From the IMG/VR virus record IMGVR_UViG_3300044800_000286: a stretch of DNA of 64,000 nt. The stretch is one strand, 5' to 3'. The stretch's first letter is position 1. Each line of letters opens with the position of its first letter. The notes beneath the pieces are model-generated. The model worked only from the letters and a program-made list of their open reading frames with translations, was not told where the DNA came from and ran no database searches. Below, one piece after another: positions 1 to 9,284 of this stretch. Source of the stretch: a virus. The translations under genes were made by a program, and so were the position numbers.

Positions 1-492
1 TTCTAGAAGCGGTACTGGTTTCTCCGCTGGATGTGTGCGTTTATTCACCGGTACGGTGGGGCATACCAAAAGATCGCTATCCCCAGTTTTAATCGCTGGA
101 GCATCTGACATCTGAGCAAACAGAATATACTGGCAACGATACCGCCAAGTGTAGCCATTGATTGCCGTGCCGCGATCCCAAACTAAAAGCCGCAAGTTCT
201 TCACGAATTCATACAGGTAACAGTAGTACAAAGGGTAACTTTGACTATCACAGAAAATGTACAAGCTGCCATCCAACGAGATTTTTGGGACTAGCAAAGC
301 AAACAAGTCACCGTAAAAATGATCCAGCAGGGAGAGGTTGCTTAGTGACCGTTGGTGGTTTGAACGCCCACTGATGAACTGTGCTGGCGGAGTAAAATAC
401 GGCGGGTCGGTGACGAGGAGCCGAACCGACCCATTGGTCAGTCCGCCTATTAATTCCAAACAGTTGCCCTGAATCAACTCAATATCTCCCAA
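1..492 (-). CDS. DNA adenine/N4-cytosine methyltransferase (beta-type), runs off the window edge
   Basis: Manual translation (not in ORF track): GDIELIQGNCLELI...VRLLVTDPPYF...HPAEKPVPLLE; DPPY motif near the N-terminus and HPxxKP motif. TTG start uncertain. Confidence 0.85.
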   Translation of the reverse strand, partial: MGDIELIQGNCLELIGGLTNGSVRLLVTDPPYFTPPAQFISGRSNHQRSLSNLSLLDHFYGDLFALLVPKISLDGSLYIFCDSQSYPLYYCYLYEFVKNLRLLVWDRGTAINGYTWRYRCQYILFAQMSDAPAIKTGDSDLLVCPTVPVNKRTHPAEKPVPLLE

Positions 493-522
493 CTCAATAC
501 TCCTTTTCACACGATTGACACC

Positions 523-1533
523 CTAAAGCTCGCACAACTCGCAGATCATCTGCTCCAATTTGTAGTCTTCGCCGCAAAGCTGATGGATGACCCCCTTGGC
601 GTCCCCGGCGTCCAGCCCGGCCACGGTCGCGTCCATCCCCTCGAAGAACGCCTTGATGTCGTCCGACTTGCCGACCCGCTCCATGCCCTTGTCGGCCGTC
701 TGGAAGGCGATCTCCAGCGGCTTGACGGGAATCCCCTGCTCCTTGTATGCTACGCTGCCGTCCGGCTTGAAGCTCAGTATGGCGGCGGCTACCGGGCGCT
801 CAACCTCATCATAGGCAAGCGCGGCACGGGCCAAGGAGCCCAAGCGAATATGCGTGACGTTCCCGACCTGCTGCGTCTCCTCGCGGCTGTGATCGTGCCC
901 CCAGAGCAGAAAATCGAAATCCGCGTCCCGGAGTTGGTCGTACCCGATGGTGGGCTCGCCGAATAGGCTCCCAGCGCCCCCCGGATGCCCGTAGGCGTGC
1001 ACAATCCCCACCCTGTGGTTTACCCCCGGCAAACGGGGTCCGGCTCCCAGGATCGCCCCCAGCGCCTTGCCGTCCGCAAGGTAGGGGAAAGTCTCGACAC
1101 TCGCCTTGACCGTCTCGTCCTCGTTCACGAAGAGGATCGACTCCCGGTTCAGGTCATGGTACACCCCGAGTTCTGCCAAAAGGCCCAAGGGCTGGTGCGA
1201 CAGGGAATCCATGCGGTCATAGGTCAGGTCGTGATTTCCGATTGCCCCGTAGACTTTGCCTTGCGGAAAGCGGCGGAGGACGTTGATCAAGTCGATGAGG
1301 AGGTGGAAGCTATTGCCTGCGTGCCGAGGAATTTTATGGTGGAAAATGTCACCCCCGCACAAGCCTACGCCGCCGAGCTTCTCCACGAGATTGCGGATAT
1401 ATTCGATCTTGGCGAGGATGGCGCTGCGGTAGTCGTCCTTGCGGCGGGCGGGCGGAACCTCGGTGAGGTGCCAGTCTGTCGAAAACACCAAATTCACTCT
1501 ATTTTTTGAGTCGCTAAGTTTGACTTTTTTCAC
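523..1533 (-). CDS. SbcD/Mre11-like metallophosphoesterase nuclease
   Basis: DWH, GDIFH, GNHD and GHDH calcineurin-like motifs; close to the SbcC-like ATPase. Confidence 0.85.
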   Translation of the reverse strand: MKKVKLSDSKNRVNLVFSTDWHLTEVPPARRKDDYRSAILAKIEYIRNLVEKLGGVGLCGGDIFHHKIPRHAGNSFHLLIDLINVLRRFPQGKVYGAIGNHDLTYDRMDSLSHQPLGLLAELGVYHDLNRESILFVNEDETVKASVETFPYLADGKALGAILGAGPRLPGVNHRVGIVHAYGHPGGAGSLFGEPTIGYDQLRDADFDFLLWGHDHSREETQQVGNVTHIRLGSLARAALAYDEVERPVAAAILSFKPDGSVAYKEQGIPVKPLEIAFQTADKGMERVGKSDDIKAFFEGMDATVAGLDAGDAKGVIHQLCGEDYKLEQMICELCEL

Positions 1534-2564
1534 GGCTGGGGCTCCATATCAGTAAGATCATATCCACCGCTGGCGTTGGGCACAAGAAAACGAATTGGCA
1601 TGCAAAATCTAGTAGCTAATTCGCGTTCGGCATTAATTCCTATTGAAGACTTAAACCCGGATACACACAACACCCACACCTCTAAAGCCCTTGAGATCAT
1701 AGCCCGATCAAAATTAGCCCAAAACTCCCAATTTCCGGGAACCTTGCCGTAAGCGCTTATGGGATGGGAGTAGATTATGGGAGAAAAAAAGAAAGTACTA
1801 GGATAGTTTAGATACAGCCACCTGTATGCCTCTACGGCCGTATCGTATCTTTGAATTTCAACTTGTTTGTCACTGTGCGTATAGGGGCTGGCTAGATAGA
1901 TAAACCCGTCTGTTTTTTCTGTGGAAGAAAGCTTGGTTTCCCATCCGTGTACAATTTTTCTGAATTCATCAAGTGAATAATTGCGTTTTATAGTGTTCGC
2001 CTTGTAGCTTATGATCCACACGTTTCCACATACATACCCTTTGGAGTTATCAATCCTATCTATCGAGGGACTATCAAACCCTACCCGGCCTTTGTTTTTA
2101 ACCAGAGGAATACCCAGCAAAGGACAAACAGCGGGAATCTTCCCTATATCATTGATGGTAAGGTTGAATTTGATCTTTTTAGACTTAGCTCGTTCTTTGG
2201 CGGAACACAGCATCTTGTATTCCAAAAAACCGGGATCACCAAATTGGTGTTTTCTTCTGCGAGCACATCCGCAGCTTATTTTTCCGTTGCGAAGATATGC
2301 CACGGTAGCTAATGTGTCTTTTCCGCAGTCGCAACGGCAAAGCCAAAGTACCGCACCATTCCTTCTTTCGGCGACAGGCTCAACAACTACCAATTTTCCA
2401 AATCTTTGCCCTTTGATATCCGACCTATAAAGTCCCCTAGATTGATGCCCAGCGACAAATCGTTGAGCTTCGCCCTTCTTTACTCCGCGACGCTTATCAT
2501 TTCTTTTTGCTGGGGGAGCCGATAGCCCGCAATTGCATTGACACATTCCGGTTGAATTACACAT
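1530..2564 (-). CDS. HNH-type homing endonuclease fused to a C-terminal DUF1937-like domain
   Basis: GQRFGKLVV..WLCRCDCG and SIDRIDNSKGYVCGNVWIIS..AN motifs, then IYLASPYTH...FSPIIYSH...W..FD. Start moved to ATG 2564, which overlaps the stop of the upstream remnant. Confidence 0.7.
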   Translation of the reverse strand: MCNSTGMCQCNCGLSAPPAKRNDKRRGVKKGEAQRFVAGHQSRGLYRSDIKGQRFGKLVVVEPVAERRNGAVLWLCRCDCGKDTLATVAYLRNGKISCGCARRRKHQFGDPGFLEYKMLCSAKERAKSKKIKFNLTINDIGKIPAVCPLLGIPLVKNKGRVGFDSPSIDRIDNSKGYVCGNVWIISYKANTIKRNYSLDEFRKIVHGWETKLSSTEKTDGFIYLASPYTHSDKQVEIQRYDTAVEAYRWLYLNYPSTFFFSPIIYSHPISAYGKVPGNWEFWANFDRAMISRALEVWVLCVSGFKSSIGINAERELATRFCMPIRFLVPNASGGYDLTDMEPQP

Positions 2565-2658
2565 ACGCCGCCACGAAACGGTATTCTTGAAGAGCTTTGT
2601 CGGGGGATGAATGTGGGCTCGCCAGATAGACAAGCCTCCCCTTGTGTTCTTGAGCCAT
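2557..2658 (-). pseudogene. 33-aa orphan N-terminus of a DUF1937-like gene
   Basis: MAQEHKGRLVYLASPHSSPDKALQEYRFVAAYV* resembles GFIYLASPYTHSDKQVEIQRY in the downstream fusion; preceded by CAGTATTA-N6-ATG. Confidence 0.65.
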
Positions 2659-2699
2659 GCCGATTAATACTGGCTAATGGAAATAAACGCCCTTCTCTA

Positions 2700-2951
2700 T
2701 CATGCGCTCTTCGAGAATGGCCCATGGGGCATGTCGGGATCGCTAATGGGTTGCTGAAGATGCGGCTCTTCGCCCGTTCCCCCGCACCTTGAGCAGACTA
2801 GCTGTGCGGGGGCAAGAAGAGCCATCACGGTAGCTACCGCCGTATCCGCATCAAAATGGGCGCGATCAAAATAATCATCCGGTTGAAGCCATCCGGATTC
2901 GATGGCTTGCCGTACCCGTTCTTCGGTTGGCACCATAAGCAGACTCCGCAA
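2700..2951 (-). CDS. hypothetical protein with CxxCxGxG motif
   Basis: ORF fits operon spacing; CSRCGGTG. Confidence 0.55.
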   Translation of the reverse strand: MRSLLMVPTEERVRQAIESGWLQPDDYFDRAHFDADTAVATVMALLAPAQLVCSRCGGTGEEPHLQQPISDPDMPHGPFSKSA

Positions 2952-2957
2952 TCCGGA

Positions 2958-3632
2958 TTACAATTCTTCTACGTCGTCCTGAGCCTTCGCCGCGGGAGTC
3001 GCGGGCGGTACTGCTCCCTGAGCGGGGCCAGATTGCGAAACAGTAGTCGGAGGAGCCGGGGTCCTCAGCTTGGCAACTTCGGTCTTGGCTGCGGAGATCA
3101 AGGTGGCTGCATCTTTCTCGGCGTCGGCAATCAGCTTTTTCGCTTCGGCCTTGGCGTCAGCCAAAAGCTTCTCGGCCTTGTCCCGCACACCGGCCCCATC
3201 CGCCTCGGCTTTATCGAGCACTTTTTGCGCCTCTGCCTTGGCTTCAGCGATTAACTTCTCGGCTTCAACTTTAGCATCGGCGAGGAGCTTGTCGGCCTCG
3301 AACTTCACCTCGTTGCCTTCCTTCTCCCACTCGGCTTCCAGCTTCTCGTATTCAGCCTTTGCGTCGGCGACCAGCTCCTCGGCGTCCGCCTTCGCTAAAG
3401 CGAGAATCTTCTTCGCTTCCGTCTTGACATCCGGGCCCAGTTCCTTCGCCACCGCTTCGGCCTTATAGACCCCGTTGAGGAAGGCCGCATAAGAACTCGC
3501 CATCGTCTCGGCGAACGCTATTCGTGGAAAATTTACTTCGGTCACCTCTCCTTGGCTATGCGTAACTAAAACCGAATACGAACCATCTGAATTTTTCACC
3601 GCCACTGCGTGCTCTACAGGTACCGTGCCCAT
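2958..3632 (-). CDS. hypothetical protein with repetitive A/E/K coiled-coil (AEKLLADAKAE repeats)
   Basis: GAGGAG RBS; 11-residue helical repeats. Confidence 0.75.
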   Translation of the reverse strand: MGTVPVEHAVAVKNSDGSYSVLVTHSQGEVTEVNFPRIAFAETMASSYAAFLNGVYKAEAVAKELGPDVKTEAKKILALAKADAEELVADAKAEYEKLEAEWEKEGNEVKFEADKLLADAKVEAEKLIAEAKAEAQKVLDKAEADGAGVRDKAEKLLADAKAEAKKLIADAEKDAATLISAAKTEVAKLRTPAPPTTVSQSGPAQGAVPPATPAAKAQDDVEEL

Positions 3633-3660
3633 ATTGTCTCCTCAATCTGTGTGTTCAATC

Positions 3661-3720
3661 GTACTGCCCATGCCGTACCAAGCCTTACCCCGCCAAGCCA
3701 TACCGCGCCTTACCGCATTG
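3661..3720. repeat. degenerate pentamer (NRCCN) tandem array
   Basis: tgccc/tgccg/tacca/agcct/taccc/cgcca/agcca/taccg/cgcct/taccg. Confidence 0.6.
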
Positions 3721-3728
3721 AAAAATAA

Positions 3729-4028
3729 TTACCCCTCATTCTGAAGCTCTTGGAATTTGGACACCAATGATTCGCCCTGCGAAAGCTGCTCTTCTAAAAC
3801 CACAACCTTTTGCTCTAGCTCTTTTTTCTTCTCGTCGGCTAGGGCTTGAAGCTGTTTTGCTGTCATGCCTTCCGGGCTCTCGATCCCGTTCTGGCGCAGG
3901 TTTTTATAGGCCTCATTTTGCTTCTGCTGTTGCACGGCCTGCTCGCGCAAAATCGAATCGCGAGAAGCTTGCAATGTTTTGACCCGCCCCTGAATTGCTT
4001 TTAGTGTTTCTGTTGTAACTTCTGCCAT
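3729..4028 (-). CDS. small coiled-coil protein
   Basis: 99-aa heptad-rich ORF within the sbcCD-like cluster. Confidence 0.7.
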   Translation of the reverse strand: MAEVTTETLKAIQGRVKTLQASRDSILREQAVQQQKQNEAYKNLRQNGIESPEGMTAKQLQALADEKKKELEQKVVVLEEQLSQGESLVSKFQELQNEG

Positions 4029-4048
4029 CGTAAAACCCCCGCCTCACC

Positions 4049-4453
4049 CTACCATGCCTCGCCTCGCCTCGCCTCGCCTCGCCTCGCCTCGCCTCGCCTC
4101 GCCTCGCCTCGCCTCGCCTCGCCTCGCCTCGCCTCGCCTCGCCTCGCCTCGCCTCGCCTCGCCTCGCCTCGCCTCGCCTCGCCATGCCCTAGTCCTCCAC
4201 CAAAAAATCTCGTTCCTGTCCTACCCACCCGATGCCACGGCACGAACACCATCTTCGTCTGGATACTCACCCTCAGGTCTTCCGCTCTCGGATCGCTCCA
4301 CCAATAACCACCCGCTTCCCGGATGTTTTCCAGCGTCCGCTGGGCAGCATCAAAATTAGGCCAAGTCTGCTCGTAACTGTGATCCCCAGCACGGTCCTGA
4401 ATGTAAAGCGTTACTGGCATGCGTGCTTCAATGAACGGCCGCACTTCGGACAA
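4049..4453 (-). CDS. hypothetical protein with a microsatellite-encoded (GEARR)n tail
   Basis: Unique N-terminal ~90 aa followed by the in-frame pentamer repeat. Confidence 0.55.
   Translation of the reverse strand: MSEVRPFIEARMPVTLYIQDRAGDHSYEQTWPNFDAAQRTLENIREAGGYWWSDPRAEDLRVSIQTKMVFVPWHRVGRTGTRFFGGGLGHGEARRGEARRGEARRGEARRGEARRGEARRGEARRGEARRGEAW
4056..4180. repeat. perfect (GCCTC)25 microsatellite
   Basis: 25 identical copies counted directly, with degenerate copies on both flanks. Confidence 0.95.
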
Positions 4454-6687
4454 AGCCCTTTGCTCATCAGTTCCTCGGCCCGCCCCCGTTCCGCTTCAAC
4501 AGCAGCATCATGCAGGGCCTTCTGCGTGCCGGCCAAATCCGACTGCGCGGCGGAAAGCTGCTCGTCGATCTCGGCCAGTTTCCCGGCCGTTTCCTTCAGT
4601 TCCTTCCGCAGCGCAGCCGCATTCTCTAGGAAGGTAATACTGCTCTGAAGCCGGGTTAGCTCATTTACCGGGATTTCCGTGCGGAATGTCGCCAAGTCCC
4701 CGGTGTCGAATTGGCTTTCGATCAACGTAGCTGTTTCAGCTAAGGCCTTGATCTGCTTCCACAAAGCGTAAATCCCGTTCCATTTCTCGGTGGCGGCCTC
4801 GATGGCTTGGAGCGGCTTGTTCATCCAGCGGGCGAACGTGTAGGCGAAAGCCGCCCGCTCCGCATGAAGCGCAAGCTGCTGAAGCCGCTCGACTCCCGTG
4901 GTGTCGGGCAAGATCAGGGCTTCTACGATACGTTGCAGGGGCTCCAGCCGCAGGCAACGGGCCGCACACTCCACCAGCCAATAGGACTCGATTTCCAAGT
5001 GGCGGGCGGCGGACTCCAAAGCCTGTAGCTCTTCGGCCAACTCGTGGGCTTTCGCGGACATCTTCTCCAGCTTCGCCTTGCGCTCCTCGGAGTTGCGTAT
5101 CTGGGCCGCCAGCACGCGGGCCTCGCCGTCCTTCTGTGTCTTCAGGAGGTTGGCCTGCTTCTTCCCGGCCTCCAGCTTCTCCGTGCCGCCGAAAGCGCCG
5201 AGGATGGCGTTGATCTCGCTCGGCTTGTAGGTCTTGTTGTCGATGAGGAACTGCGGACGGTTCTGGCTGGCGAAGATCGGGTCGAAAGTGAAATCGCCGA
5301 TCTTGATCTCGCCCAGATTGAATTTCTTGACAATCTCCGGGATGTCCCCGTCAAGCTTGGAGAACTTGTCCTCGCCTATCGTGTAAGCGACGGAGCCCCG
5401 CTTCGAGCGGGTGGCAACAACGGTGTGCCCGTCGTGTTCGAGCGTAAGCTCAAGGGGCTCGTCCTTGGGATCGCGGATGTACGCCACGTCAAGCTCGTTG
5501 CGTATGATGCCCTGCAAAGCCCTGTACAGCGAACTGTTGTGGGCTATGGTGAAGTCCCCCAGCAAGAACAATCCGTCGCCATCAAGCTCAAAGCCAAAAT
5601 ACTCCCCCCATCCGGCAGATGTGGCATGGAACCCTGTTGTAAGAGGATTCTTACTTGAATCGTGCTTGGCTTGTTTACGTTGAATGCGGGTGGGAATGCT
5701 GGTCAATTCGCCAGCGATCCTCACTCGAAAATATACCCCTCCCCTGCCGTTCTGGTCTTCCTTTTTCGAGGGTTTTACCGATGCTCTGAAACCAAGGGAT
5801 CGAGCAATAAACGCAGCATCGTCCGCCAATGCCTTTAGTTTTGATACAAACTCAAACTGCTTTTGACCCTCTAGGTGGCCATCGGAATCCAGCAAACCCG
5901 CCAACAACAACATGCGATCACGGCTGCTGGCGGTTTTGTATTCCCAAGAGAGGCGTTTTTCCCCATCCACGACAAGGCCTAAAGAGCGGAATTTCGACAA
6001 CAACGCATTCTGCGAGTGTCCTCTCTTGGGAGCAACCCACTTCCTGCCGCCGCTGAAGACCCATGTGCTTGCTTTGTTGCCTTTCTTACCATTTCTCCGG
6101 AGCCTCAGGTTAAACTTGTCAGCGACTTTATTCAGATAGTCAAGCACTTCTTGGTCTGCCGTCGTAATCGCCAGAGAATGTAAGTTTGTGCTGCCGTCCC
6201 CCAGCCATAGACCAACGAAATATGGATTAAACACTTCACGATTACACGGGAATGTTATGGCGGAAGAACGCTGAAGTCGGGCAGAGTTGCGAAACCATTT
6301 CCCTCGGCACACTAAATCCCTAACTTCTATTTCAATTGGGTGTCTATAGGATGGGCATTTGCCCTGCAATTTCTTCCCGTTGAACTTAAGAGGTAAGATG
6401 TGCCTACTGTTGCAGCGCCAACGGTCGCCTTTTTTGGGGATGATATCATACATCTCGTCCCAGCCATGAGCAAGACTCAACACTCTGCGGGGTTTGGAGT
6501 CCGGCCCCATGAGCAAATCGCTGACCTGAACGTCTTCAACGTTCTTGATAGTTCCGTCATACATGAACACAGGAGTGCCCTTGGCTAGGCATTTCCCCTC
6601 GTTTGAGGGACCGATGAGTATGGTCAGCCCTTGTATGTCCAGTTCAAATGCTGGCCATGGCTGGAAATTTTTGCCGCTGAATTTCAT
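4411..6687 (-). CDS. SbcC/Rad50-like ATPase, N-terminal half, intein-containing
   Basis: MKFSGKNFQ...LTILIGPSNEGK|S (Walker A), Q-loop FASQ, coiled coil, ends at zinc hook CPKC; start moved to ATG 6687. Confidence 0.85.
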   Translation of the reverse strand: MKFSGKNFQPWPAFELDIQGLTILIGPSNEGKCLAKGTPVFMYDGTIKNVEDVQVSDLLMGPDSKPRRVLSLAHGWDEMYDIIPKKGDRWRCNSRHILPLKFNGKKLQGKCPSYRHPIEIEVRDLVCRGKWFRNSARLQRSSAITFPCNREVFNPYFVGLWLGDGSTNLHSLAITTADQEVLDYLNKVADKFNLRLRRNGKKGNKASTWVFSGGRKWVAPKRGHSQNALLSKFRSLGLVVDGEKRLSWEYKTASSRDRMLLLAGLLDSDGHLEGQKQFEFVSKLKALADDAAFIARSLGFRASVKPSKKEDQNGRGGVYFRVRIAGELTSIPTRIQRKQAKHDSSKNPLTTGFHATSAGWGEYFGFELDGDGLFLLGDFTIAHNSSLYRALQGIIRNELDVAYIRDPKDEPLELTLEHDGHTVVATRSKRGSVAYTIGEDKFSKLDGDIPEIVKKFNLGEIKIGDFTFDPIFASQNRPQFLIDNKTYKPSEINAILGAFGGTEKLEAGKKQANLLKTQKDGEARVLAAQIRNSEERKAKLEKMSAKAHELAEELQALESAARHLEIESYWLVECAARCLRLEPLQRIVEALILPDTTGVERLQQLALHAERAAFAYTFARWMNKPLQAIEAATEKWNGIYALWKQIKALAETATLIESQFDTGDLATFRTEIPVNELTRLQSSITFLENAAALRKELKETAGKLAEIDEQLSAAQSDLAGTQKALHDAAVEAERGRAEELMSKGLCPKCGRSLKHACQ
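5536..6591 (-). mobile_element. intein with LAGLIDADG homing endonuclease (352 aa) in the SbcC Walker A
   Basis: K|CLAKGTPVFMYDG ... FLLGDFTIAHN|S; VGLWLGDG and LAGLLDSDG motifs. Confidence 0.92.
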
Positions 6688-6902
6688 TAGAAGTCTGACC
6701 CACCGAGGCTGTATCCCACGGTGTCCGTATCGATCCACTCCGCACCACAGCCGGGACATGGATAAAGAGGGGGATCAAGCCCCAAGAACCCCGTGGACGA
6801 GAGATTCGCCCCGCAGCTGGAGCAATAGGCTCCGCCGTTGCCCTGATCGGTAACGACGTGCAGGCGATAGACTTTTTCTTCATCTTTGGGTTGCATCTTC
6901 AT
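6687..6902 (-). CDS. small zinc-ribbon protein
   Basis: CSSCG...CPGCG; overlapping start/stop with both neighbours. Confidence 0.65.
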   Translation of the reverse strand: MKMQPKDEEKVYRLHVVTDQGNGGAYCSSCGANLSSTGFLGLDPPLYPCPGCGAEWIDTDTVGYSLGGSDF

Positions 6903-7063
6903 TCGCCGATAATCACCTTGGCTTCTTTTTCGTCCCGCCAAACCTCCGGGCAGATTTCGTATCGTTCGGGTTCATTGTAGCCGCTCCAGCAAGCACCTAC
7001 GATCACGACCTTATCGGTTGGCGGATATTGTTGTAATTCTTTGATCAGTTCGGCGACAGTCAC
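6899..7063 (-). CDS. small hypothetical protein (MTVAELIKELQQYP...)
   Basis: GTG start just after the recA stop; ATGA coupling downstream. Confidence 0.65.
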   Translation of the reverse strand: MTVAELIKELQQYPPTDKVVIVGACWSGYNEPERYEICPEVWRDEKEAKVIIGE

Positions 7064-7065
7064 GG

Positions 7066-8343
7066 CTAAACCACATCCACGTCCTCGATATCGAAGCCCT
7101 TGCTCGCCGGGGCATCCTCTTCGCCTTCGGCGAAGCGAGCTTCCTCGGCGGTGACTTCCGAAGCGAAGCGCCCGGTGTTGTCGTTGCGGATCGTCTCGGT
7201 GAGAAGCTCCTTGAGCTTGCCCAGCACCTCGGGATTCTCCTTCTCCACGAGGTCTTCGATTGCCGCCTGCTTTGACGGATATCCGGCGATGGCTTCGTCC
7301 TTGGACTTGCCGACGTAGTACTTCGCGCCGGAGTTCGCGATGAACCCGTAGTCGCGGGCGAGTTCCCTCACGCTCATGTTGTCGTCGATCCCCACGCCCG
7401 GTTCGATCCAGATGAACCCCTCGCGGTAGCCAGCCCCGGTGACCTTGTTCTTCAGGGTGCGGGCGCGCACGCGCATCCACATCGACTTGCCCTTGGTTTC
7501 CGGAGTCGCCATGGGGATCACGAACGGGTCCTTCTCCGGCCCCTTGCCGTCAACCTTGTCGGGCTCAAGCGGCTTCACGTCCTTCGCCATGCGAAGCTCG
7601 ACCATGACGCTCGGGATGAAGCGGCAGATGCGCCCGCCGGGGAGTGTGTAGGTGAGGTTCGTGAAGCTGTAATCGTTGGCCCACTGCGCGTCGATGCTGT
7701 CGTCGATGCGGGCGCGGGTCTGGTTGACCATGAGCATGTGCCCGTTGTATTGCTTCATGTACGGGCTGAGGATGTCGAAGAACTTGGTCATCGTCTGGGC
7801 GTGCTTGCCGTAGGACGCCTTCATGGCCTTGCCGCTGAAGATGTCCTTGCGCTCCACCATGGATTTCATGCTGGGGATGGAATCGTAGATGAAGAAGCGA
7901 ACGCCTTCTTCCAGAAGCGCCACGGTCTCCTGTATCGCCTTGTTGGTGGAGTTGGGCTGGAGCAACCTGCACATATCCATGTCCACGCCGATCCGCTCCA
8001 GGTAGGACGGCGTGCCGGTGCCCTCGAAGTCGAAGATGCCGAGGGGCTCCCCGGTGAATTTCTGGTAGTTCTTGGCGACCACGTAGGCCCACGTGGACTT
8101 GCCCACGCCCTCGTTGCCGTGCACCGACGAGACGCGGCCGTGGCGGCTGATGCCCCCGAGGCCGAGCACGCTGTCGAACACGATGAGGCCGTAGGGGACA
8201 AGCTCGTCCACCCAGTCCTTCGTCAGGACTTGGAAATCCGGCTTTTCTTCTTTTCTTGCTTTGAGGAACAACTCACGACGCGCTTCCGGTGTGAGATTAC
8301 GGAGAACTTCCGCGGATGTCTCGGACTTCTGTTGCTTTGCCAT
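7066..8343 (-). CDS. recA: RecA/UvsX-family recombinase
   Basis: GNEGVGKST Walker A, DFEG, YDS Walker B, VNQTR, PGGR, KNKV. Confidence 0.92.
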   Translation of the reverse strand: MAKQQKSETSAEVLRNLTPEARRELFLKARKEEKPDFQVLTKDWVDELVPYGLIVFDSVLGLGGISRHGRVSSVHGNEGVGKSTWAYVVAKNYQKFTGEPLGIFDFEGTGTPSYLERIGVDMDMCRLLQPNSTNKAIQETVALLEEGVRFFIYDSIPSMKSMVERKDIFSGKAMKASYGKHAQTMTKFFDILSPYMKQYNGHMLMVNQTRARIDDSIDAQWANDYSFTNLTYTLPGGRICRFIPSVMVELRMAKDVKPLEPDKVDGKGPEKDPFVIPMATPETKGKSMWMRVRARTLKNKVTGAGYREGFIWIEPGVGIDDNMSVRELARDYGFIANSGAKYYVGKSKDEAIAGYPSKQAAIEDLVEKENPEVLGKLKELLTETIRNDNTGRFASEVTAEEARFAEGEEDAPASKGFDIEDVDVV

Positions 8344-8417
8344 TGTGACGATCCTCCAGCTAGTTGCCGATAAGACCCTAAGGTCGGCGGCTAAGCTCGC
8401 TAGTTAATACTGAACAG

Positions 8418-9266
8418 CTAGATAAAAAAATACTTTCGAATCAAAGTCTTCTTTGGATTAGAGGCGTCTTTTACACCAAGACTATAGCTGGCTTTTTTGT
8501 ACGAATACCAGTATTCGGGACGGTGAAGCATGCCTACGATCTGAATCCTCTGGTTCCGGCCCTTGCCTTTAATCTCTTCGGTGGCGTTGCAAAGACGGGT
8601 GAGAAAGCTGTTCGGAACCTCATCCGGTTTGCCCATCAAAATTTTAGCTGCGTATGACCCCACCATTGCCATGAGCACGCCGTCGCAAGAATCGGAGTCC
8701 AGTTGCGGGTAGATTTTTTGATCCACAAATGTATAGGCTTTAAGGATATTTTCGCGTTTATTTGTGGCTCCACGCCGCTTCAATCCCATAAGCGAACGCA
8801 AAGTACTGGCATTGGGTGTGAGAATACGGATGTCGCCGAAGCTGTCGGCCAGCACGCCGTCCTCAAACAGGATCACATGCAGAATGCGTGAAAGGCCCAC
8901 CAAAAAATCATTTTCTGGCGTTGGAAATTCTGTGCTGATCAGTAACCCCGTGCGCTTGTTGGCTGGGAAAAGCTTCAAATATTCCCGAATATACAGCGCG
9001 ATTAACTTACTTCTGACCCACAGCGTCGTACGAGTATGCCGCCCGTCCTCGATCTTGTCCGGCTTGACACTGCCGATACCCAACCACCGAGTTTGAAGAA
9101 CACCACTCTCTACAAACGCACCCATGACAGCGAACCCCGTGCGGGACACGCTGGGGTCGAGGCCCAGCACCAGCCAGTTGTCTATGTTCGGGTTGGGATC
9201 GGGGACGCGAAGCTCGGGCGGCTTCCGCTCTTTCTTGGCTCGGAGCATGCGGGCGTGCTCCAACAC
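8418..9266 (-). CDS. RuvC-like Holliday junction resolvase
   Basis: VLGLDPSVSRTGFAV, acidic E and D..D motifs. Confidence 0.75.
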   Translation of the reverse strand: MLEHARMLRAKKERKPPELRVPDPNPNIDNWLVLGLDPSVSRTGFAVMGAFVESGVLQTRWLGIGSVKPDKIEDGRHTRTTLWVRSKLIALYIREYLKLFPANKRTGLLISTEFPTPENDFLVGLSRILHVILFEDGVLADSFGDIRILTPNASTLRSLMGLKRRGATNKRENILKAYTFVDQKIYPQLDSDSCDGVLMAMVGSYAAKILMGKPDEVPNSFLTRLCNATEEIKGKGRNQRIQIVGMLHRPEYWYSYKKASYSLGVKDASNPKKTLIRKYFFI

Positions 9267-9284
9267 ACGTCTGAGCCCTAATAC

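Noticed and set aside
3661-4180. CRISPR array
   Set aside because: Pentamer tandem repeats without spacers; no cas genes or repeat-spacer array seen anywhere in the window.
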